Origin: Cupriavidus necator | GTDB lineage: Bacteria > Pseudomonadota > Gammaproteobacteria > Burkholderiales > Burkholderiaceae | Length of the DNA stretch: 32,000 nucleotides | NCBI RefSeq assembly: GCF_016127575.1 | Contig: NZ_CP066018.1 | Span: forward strand, 1,230,001 to 1,262,000 | Reading direction: 5' to 3' | Shown: one piece after another, positions 26,265-32,000 of the stretch | How positions within the stretch are numbered: position 1 is the stretch's first letter | Layout of the letters: each line of letters opens with the position of its first letter | Translations under genes and position numbers: made by a program | Notes under the pieces: model-generated | What the model saw: only the letters and a program-made list of their open reading frames with translations | What the model was told of the DNA's origin: nothing | Database searches by the model: none

Positions 26265-26615
26265 TCAGGCGGTGCGTTCGCCCAGCAGCAGGCTGGCCAG
26301 CAGCCACGAGATCACGCTGTACAGGATGGAGCCCAGCAGGGCCGCCCAGAAACCGCCGACGGTAAAGCCCGACAGCAGGTTGCCGACAAACAGGAACAGC
26401 AGCGCGTTGATGACGAAGATAAACAGCCCCAGCGTCAGCAGCGTGACCGGCAGCGTCAGGATCACCAGGATCGGACGGATCAGCGTATTGACCAGGCCCA
26501 GCACCAGCGCCGCCAGCATCGCCGAGCCAAAGCTCTGGATGTGGATCGACGAGATGATGTATGGCAGCACGAACAGCGCAACAGCGTTGATGATCCAGAC
26601 GACCAGTAATCTCAT
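26265..26615 (-). CDS. DUF360 / phage-holin-family-4-like small membrane protein conserved between ahcY and metF
   Basis: Track ORF 26265..26654 trimmed to ATG 26615, with an AAGGAG SD 5 nt upstream. It begins MRLLVVWIINAVALFVLPYII and has 3-4 predicted TM helices. Confidence 0.85.
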   Translation of the reverse strand: MRLLVVWIINAVALFVLPYIISSIHIQSFGSAMLAALVLGLVNTLIRPILVILTLPVTLLTLGLFIFVINALLFLFVGNLLSGFTVGGFWAALLGSILYSVISWLLASLLLGERTA

Positions 26616-26637
26616 GACGGCTCCTTGAATGTGGTTT

Positions 26638-26667
26638 CTCCCCCTCTCCCGCAAGCGGGAGGGGGAG
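26638..26667. repeat. GC-rich REP-like hairpin, copy 2 (CTCCCCCTCTCCCGC-AA-GCGGGAGGGGGAG)
   Basis: Directly visible in the ahcY/DUF360 spacer. It has the same CCCGC..GCGGG core and CTCCCC/GGGGAG outer arms as copy 1, with the loop inverted (GCAAGC versus GCTTGC). Confidence 0.7.
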
Positions 26668-26686
26668 CCCTGCCTTCCTGTGCGGA

Positions 26687-28105
26687 TCAGTAGCGGTAGT
26701 GGTCGGCCTTGTACGGGCCTTCCTTCTTCACGCCGATGTACGCGGCCTGCTGTTCGGTCAGCTCGGTCAGCTGCGCGTTCAGCTTGCGCAGCTGCAGGCG
26801 CGCCACCTTCTCGTCCAGGTGCTTGGGCAGCGTGTAGACGCCGACCGGGTACTTGCCGCTGTCGCGTTCCTGCCAGAGTTCGATCTGGGCGATGGTCTGG
26901 TTGGCGAACGAGCTGCTCATCACGTACGACGGGTGGCCGGTGGCGCAGCCCAGGTTCACCAGGCGGCCCTTGGCCAGGATGATCAGCTTCTTGCCGTCCG
27001 GGAACTTGACGTGATCGACCTGCGGCTTGATCTCATCCCATTCGTACTTCTCGATCGAGGCGATGTCGATCTCGTTGTCGAAGTGGCCGATATTGCAGAC
27101 GATGGCCTGGTCCTTCATCTTCGCCATGTGGTCATGGGTGATGACATGGTAGTTGCCGGTGCAGGTGACGAAGATATCGCCATGCTCGGCGGCGTAGTCC
27201 ATGGTCACCACGCGGTAGCCTTCCATCGCGGCCTGCAGCGCGCAGATCGGGTCGATCTCGGTCACCCACACCTGGGCCGACAGCGCGCGCAGCGCCTGTG
27301 CGCTGCCCTTGCCCACGTCGCCGTAGCCGGCCACGATGGCAACCTTGCCGGCGATCATCACGTCGGTGGCGCGCTTGATGCCGTCCACCAGCGACTCGCG
27401 GCAGCCGTACAGGTTGTCGAACTTGCTCTTGGTCACCGAGTCGTTGACGTTGATGGCCGGGAAGCGCAGTTCGCCCTTCTGGGCCATCTGGTACAGGCGG
27501 TGCACGCCGGTGGTGGTTTCCTCGGTCACGCCGCGGATGGCTGCCAGGTTGCGGCTGTACCAGCTCGGGTCCTTGGCCAGCTTTTCCTTGATCGCGGCGA
27601 ACAGGTAGGTTTCTTCCTCGCTGGTGGCCTTGGCGATCACGGACTGGTCCTTCTCGGCGCGCGCGCCCAGGTGCAGCAGCAGCGTGGCGTCGCCGCCGTC
27701 ATCCAGGATCATGTTGGGGGTGCCGCCGTCCGCCCAGTCGAAGATGCGGTGGGTGAAGTCCCAGTATTCCTTCAGCGATTCGCCCTTGAACGCGAACACG
27801 GGCGTGCCGCCTGCGGCGATCGCGGCAGCGGCGTGGTCCTGCGTCGAGAAGATGTTGCACGAGGCCCAGCGCACGTCGGCGCCCAGTGCCTTGAGCGTCT
27901 CGATCAGCACGGCGGTCTGGATCGTCATGTGCAGCGAGCCGGCAATGCGCGCGCCCTTGAGCGGCTGCGCCGCTGCGAATTCGTCGCGGATCGCCATCAG
28001 GCCGGGCATCTCGGTCTCGGCAATGGCGATTTCCTTGCGGCCCCAGCCGGCCAGGTTGATGTCGGCGACGAGGTAGTCTTGCTTCAGGTCGGTCACAGCG
28101 TTCAT
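26687..28105 (-). CDS. ahcY: Adenosylhomocysteinase
   Basis: Track ORF of 472 aa. It reads [40 protein letters not shown]...[10 protein letters not shown]...HFDNEID and ends with the C-terminal YRY. Confidence 0.97.
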   Translation of the reverse strand: MNAVTDLKQDYLVADINLAGWGRKEIAIAETEMPGLMAIRDEFAAAQPLKGARIAGSLHMTIQTAVLIETLKALGADVRWASCNIFSTQDHAAAAIAAGGTPVFAFKGESLKEYWDFTHRIFDWADGGTPNMILDDGGDATLLLHLGARAEKDQSVIAKATSEEETYLFAAIKEKLAKDPSWYSRNLAAIRGVTEETTTGVHRLYQMAQKGELRFPAINVNDSVTKSKFDNLYGCRESLVDGIKRATDVMIAGKVAIVAGYGDVGKGSAQALRALSAQVWVTEIDPICALQAAMEGYRVVTMDYAAEHGDIFVTCTGNYHVITHDHMAKMKDQAIVCNIGHFDNEIDIASIEKYEWDEIKPQVDHVKFPDGKKLIILAKGRLVNLGCATGHPSYVMSSSFANQTIAQIELWQERDSGKYPVGVYTLPKHLDEKVARLQLRKLNAQLTELTEQQAAYIGVKKEGPYKADHYRY

Positions 28106-28229
28106 GTTTCACTCCCGGTGAAGAGTGGCACGCAGGTGACGAGTACGGGGAATCTGGCAGCCGTGGCATGGCGCAAGGGCACATGCGAAGCACGCGGATA
28201 GGTCGACTCGCCTCCGTGCGGACCACGGA

Positions 28230-28346
28230 TCAGCGAGCGCCGTTGAAGACAGTCCGAGCCTGGCGGATGGCATGGGGCGGCTGTGCCGCCGGCCGCGCGA
28301 TGTGCTTCGCAGGCCTCCATCCGTTGCAACGCTCCTCGGAGTGGCG
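28230..28346 (-). promoter_or_regulatory. SAH riboswitch (S-adenosylhomocysteine-responsive, RF01057-type) in the ahcY leader
   Basis: The minus strand reads CCACUCCGAGGAGCGUUGCAACGGAUGG-(45-nt insert)-CCAUCCGCCAGGCUCGGACUGUCUUCAACGGCGCUCGCUG. As I recall the consensus, its signature segments are CCGAGGAGCG.UGC, CAGGCUCGG and CAACGGCGCUC, in the canonical order and upstream of ahcY. The P1 helix is CCGAG/CUCGG. Confidence 0.85.
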
Positions 28347-28348
28347 GT

Positions 28349-28354
28349 ATTGTA
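28349..28354 (-). promoter_or_regulatory. Candidate -10 hexamer TACAAT for the ahcY/riboswitch transcript
   Basis: The minus strand reads GCACGCTACAATACCGCCACTCCGAGG. The predicted start falls about 7 nt downstream, just before the riboswitch P1 helix. I do not see a good -35 element. Confidence 0.35.
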
Positions 28355-28401
28355 GCGTGCCCGGGCGCCTTGCGCACCGGCTCCCTCCGATTCCTGCACA
28401 G

Positions 28402-29229
<828 letters not shown>

Positions 29230-29234
29230 CGGAC

Positions 29235-29669
29235 ATGCCGATGCTGGCCGATATCGACCTGCGCAGCGACCCGGCTGCCGCGTTCTACCTCAAGCATGAA
29301 GTTGTCGACGTGGTGTTCGCCACCGAACCCGGCGAGCTGATCAGCCGCGAGGGACCCAACCGCTACCAACCTGGCGATGCGCTGATCACCAGCCGCGGCG
29401 GCGACCGCTGGTGCGTCTCGCGCGACCGCTTCGACCCCAAATACGAGGCCGTGCCGCCGCTGGCGCACGGCCAGGACGGCGCCTACCGCAACAAGCCGAT
29501 CCCGGTACTGGCGCGCGAAATGCACGAGGCCTTCAGCATCGCGCGCAGCGCCGGCGGCGACGTGCTGCACGGCAAGCCGGGCGACTGGCTGATGCAATAC
29601 GCGCCCGGCGACTATGGCATCACCGAGCGCGCGCGTTTCGAACAGGTGTACCGGCCGCTGCAGGACTGA
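29235..29669 (+). CDS. PGDYG-domain protein of unknown function
   Basis: Track ORF 29226..29669 contains the eponymous ...QYAPGDYGITERARFEQVY motif. The start is ambiguous: TTG 29226 overlapping the thiD stop, ATG 29235 or ATG 29241. Confidence 0.8.
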   Translation: MPMLADIDLRSDPAAAFYLKHEVVDVVFATEPGELISREGPNRYQPGDALITSRGGDRWCVSRDRFDPKYEAVPPLAHGQDGAYRNKPIPVLAREMHEAFSIARSAGGDVLHGKPGDWLMQYAPGDYGITERARFEQVYRPLQD

Positions 29670-29690
29670 GCGACCAGACCGATGCCGGGG

Positions 29691-30143
29691 TCAGTTGCCG
29701 CCGGCGGACAGCGGCACCAGCTTGAACGCGGCCCGCGCCACGCACACCACGGTGCCGGCAGCATCCTTGACCTCGCCCTCGCAGAATGCAATGCGCGCGC
29801 CGCGGCGCAGGCAGCGCGCCTCCAGCGTCAGCTCGCCGCGCGCTGCCGCCAGGAAATGCGTGGACATGTCGATCGTGATCACGCCGGTTTCCAGCGGCGC
29901 ATGCGAGCGCGCGGCGCCGCTCAGGGTGAAGTCCAGCGTCGCCATCAGCGTGCCGCCATGCACATCGCCGCGGCTGTTGACCAGCGACGGGTGCGCCGGC
30001 AGCCGCGTGCGGCAATAGCCCTCCTCGATAAGCTCCGGCTGCAGGCCGAAATAGCGCATCAGCGGCACGTCGATGCCGAAGTAGGGCTTCTCGGGCGTGC
30101 CGGGGGCGACGGGGGTGATTTCGGGGGCGGTCTGGCTGGACAT
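29691..30143 (-). CDS. PaaI-family (hotdog fold) thioesterase
   Basis: Track ORF of 150 aa. It carries the motif NSRGDVHGGTLMATLDFTLSGAA and the C-terminal beta-sheet block ARCLRRGARIAFCEGEV. Confidence 0.88.
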   Translation of the reverse strand: MSSQTAPEITPVAPGTPEKPYFGIDVPLMRYFGLQPELIEEGYCRTRLPAHPSLVNSRGDVHGGTLMATLDFTLSGAARSHAPLETGVITIDMSTHFLAAARGELTLEARCLRRGARIAFCEGEVKDAAGTVVCVARAAFKLVPLSAGGN

Positions 30144-30259
30144 GATGGGGGATGCTGGGTGGTTGGCGGGGAATGCTGCCCAACATCATAACGGCGGGGT
30201 CCCGTTCGGTTCCCGCGGCTGGGCGAATGTCGCACAAATCCTGGCACCGCGCGCGCCCT

Positions 30260-30769
30260 TCAGAGCACCTGCCGCATCGCCACCCGCTGCCGCAGCCCCG
30301 CAGCACGCTGCGCCGCCAATGCATCGGCCAGCAGCGGACACAGCTCGTCGTCACGCAACTGGCGAAACCCGAGCGATGCATAGAACGGCGCATTCCAGGG
30401 CAGGTGGGCAAACGTGGTCAGGTTGAGCGAGTGCGATCCCCCCGCCCGCGCCCAGCCCTGCACCGCCCCTACCAGCGCCCGCCCAATGCCGCGGCGCCCG
30501 TGGTCGGGGTGCACATCCATTTCATCGAGGTAGGCGCACTCGCCGTTGCGGCTGGCCAGCGCAAAGCCGGCCAGTTCCCCATCGCGCTCGGCTACCCACA
30601 GGCGCGCTTCGCGCTGCGCGGCGGCCAGCACCGGCTCGGGCGTGCTGACCAGGCGCAGCAGTGCCGGCAGGTCCGTATCAGGGAAGAGCGCCGCGGCGGC
30701 CAGTTCGATATCGGCCAGGCGCGGCACCTCGTCCGCCGCTGCCAGGCGGATGTGCGCAGCAGCAGCCAT
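30260..30769 (-). CDS. GNAT family N-acetyltransferase
   Basis: Track ORF of 169 aa. The acetyl-CoA site is MDVHPDHGRRGIGRALV, followed by YASLGF. A GGAG SD lies upstream. The gene starts 14 nt after the thiE stop. Confidence 0.88.
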   Translation of the reverse strand: MAAAAHIRLAAADEVPRLADIELAAAALFPDTDLPALLRLVSTPEPVLAAAQREARLWVAERDGELAGFALASRNGECAYLDEMDVHPDHGRRGIGRALVGAVQGWARAGGSHSLNLTTFAHLPWNAPFYASLGFRQLRDDELCPLLADALAAQRAAGLRQRVAMRQVL

Positions 30770-30783
30770 GGCTGGCTCCGCGC

Positions 30784-31920
30784 TCAGGCAGCCGGGAACA
30801 GGCTGATCAGTTGGGCCACCGCGGCCGGCACGTCGTCAGCCTCGGTCACCGCGCGCACCACGGCGGCACTGCCGACGCCCACCGCCAGCACCTCGCGCAT
30901 ATTGGCCGCGTTGACGCCGCCGATGCCCACCAGCGACGGGATCACCGGCTGCATCAGCTTCACGTAGGCGCGGAAGCGGCCCATGCCCTGCGGCTGGGTC
31001 GGCATCACCTTGGTGGTGGTCGGGAAGATCGCGCCCAGCGCCAGGTAGCTGGGGCGGATCGCGGCCACGCGCAGCATCTCGGCATAGCCATGGGTGGAGA
31101 CACCCAGGCGCAGGCCCGAAGCGCGGATCGCATCGAGGTCGGCATCGTCCAGGTCTTCCTGGCCAAGGTGGATGCCGTAGATGCCGCTCTGATCGCCGCC
31201 GTTGGCGGCGCGGTAGTCGATCGCGGCCTGCCAGTGGTCGTTGACGAACAGGCGCGAAGACGAGCCCTGCGTGGCCTTCGCCGCGCGTGCGATCTCGGCG
31301 CGCACCGCGGCCGGGTCTTCGGACTTGAAGCGCAGCTGCACCGTCGGTACGTTCAGTGGCGCCAGGCGCTCGATCCATTCGGCGCTTGGCACCACCACGT
31401 ACAGGCCCAGCGCGGGGCACGGCGCGAACGGCGCCGCGGCCTGCTCGGGTGCCACCAGGGCGGCGTGCCGTACATGCGGGAAGCGGGCAAAGTCAGACGG
31501 CCAGTCGGCCGAGCCCGGCTCCCAGGCGCGCGCCAGGCACAGCGCGTCGTGCGCGGGGAAATGCAGCGCCAGGCTGGCCAGCAGCACCGCGACGAAGGCG
31601 GGCGAATGCGGCTGGTCGGTGTCGGCGGCGACGGAGAAGACCCACGTGCCCATCGGCGAGCGCACGGTGTCGATCCACTGGCCGCCCTCGCGATCGCTCT
31701 CGATCAGCGTGGCGCCCGCGGCGGCGACGCGCGCGATCGTGCCTGCGTCGGCTTCGCCGTCGAACAGCAGCACGTCGTGGGCGCCGGGTTGCGCGGGCGC
31801 GTCGGCCAGGCGCCAGGCCTGCCACGGCTTGTCATCGACGCCGAAGGTCTCGCCATAGTGTTCCAGCACCGCCTGGCGCAGCGGGCCGTCGCTGGCGGCA
31901 TGCACGGCGCGGCGGGTCAT
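30784..31920 (-). CDS. thiE: Thiamine-phosphate synthase with an N-terminal extension of about 170 aa of unknown function
   Basis: Track ORF of 378 aa. The C-terminal half carries ThiE blocks: LGLYVVVPS, VQLRFK, LFVNDHWQAAIDY, GIHLGQEDL, LGVSTH, ALGAIFPTTTK and VGIGGV. I do not recognise the N-terminal half. Confidence 0.88.
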   Translation of the reverse strand: MTRRAVHAASDGPLRQAVLEHYGETFGVDDKPWQAWRLADAPAQPGAHDVLLFDGEADAGTIARVAAAGATLIESDREGGQWIDTVRSPMGTWVFSVAADTDQPHSPAFVAVLLASLALHFPAHDALCLARAWEPGSADWPSDFARFPHVRHAALVAPEQAAAPFAPCPALGLYVVVPSAEWIERLAPLNVPTVQLRFKSEDPAAVRAEIARAAKATQGSSSRLFVNDHWQAAIDYRAANGGDQSGIYGIHLGQEDLDDADLDAIRASGLRLGVSTHGYAEMLRVAAIRPSYLALGAIFPTTTKVMPTQPQGMGRFRAYVKLMQPVIPSLVGIGGVNAANMREVLAVGVGSAAVVRAVTEADDVPAAVAQLISLFPAA

Positions 31921-32000
31921 GCGCGCTGCTCCGTGCTGTCGGCGTGCCAGAACGGCATGCCGACCACCGGGGTGCTGGCCTGCGCCACCTCGCGCTCGGG
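31917..32000 (-). CDS. thiG: Thiazole synthase, 3' terminal fragment (5' part outside window)
   Basis: Not in the ORF track. My translation of the minus strand gives ...PEREVAQASTPVVGMPFWHADSTEQRA*. Its stop TGA overlaps the thiE start (ATGA). The A.AS.P..G pattern and the position immediately upstream of thiE fit the ThiG C-terminus. Confidence 0.55.
   Translation of the reverse strand, partial: PEREVAQASTPVVGMPFWHADSTEQRA

Noticed and set aside
26265-26615. A 'phage holin family' protein as a hint of a prophage or lysis cassette.
   Set aside because: This is a DUF360-type membrane protein that sits between ahcY and metF as part of a conserved housekeeping cluster. No endolysin, spanin, integrase or other phage genes are nearby.
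28346-28401. TPP (THI-box) riboswitch in front of thiD.
   Set aside because: Only about 55 nt lie between the ahcY promoter region and the thiD ATG. No CUGAGA / ACCUGA-type THI-box elements are present. The structured RNA in this spacer is the SAH riboswitch on the opposite strand.

Overview
Very GC-rich betaproteobacterial chromosome segment; third codon positions are almost uniformly G/C. Gene content and order look like the conserved core of chromosome 1 of a Cupriavidus/Ralstonia-type Burkholderiaceae (taxon is inference only). The informative blocks are SAH riboswitch-ahcY-DUF360 membrane protein-metF, glmU-glmS, ttcA-folB-SDR, cca, the slt/5-FCL divergon, thiD, thiG-thiE, a Bug/TctC-type binding protein and a DmeF-type CDF exporter. 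I support 32 protein-coding genes. Two are cut by the window edges and so are missing from the supplied ORF track: an omega-aminotransferase at 1..1315 and the thiG 3' end at 31917..32000. I also report one speculative 29-codon ORF and two decayed genes: a frameshifted TetR regulator next to glmS, and a relic of a periplasmic binding protein. Non-coding features are tRNA-Cys, an SAH riboswitch, two rho-independent terminators, two copies of a GC-rich REP-like hairpin and a 156-bp MITE-like palindromic element. Most long track ORFs antisense to these genes are high-GC shadow ORFs. I find no CRISPR array, transposase, integrase, prophage block, toxin-antitoxin pair, or recognisable defence or secondary-metabolite cluster. 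This looks like an ordinary housekeeping region, and I see no evidence for a novel multi-gene system. The unexplained signal is non-coding or small-scale. The main items are: the MITE-like hairpin in the usp/cca spacer; an AT-rich palindrome plus long structured leader upstream of the CDF metal exporter; dyad symmetry upstream of bfr; repeated motifs in the MocR/aminotransferase divergon; a non-canonical T-arm junction in tRNA-Cys; gene decay on the 3' side of glmS; and a few uncharacterised genes in conserved contexts (PGDYG protein coupled to thiD, long N-terminal extension of ThiE, Mut7-C RNase next to TfoX).
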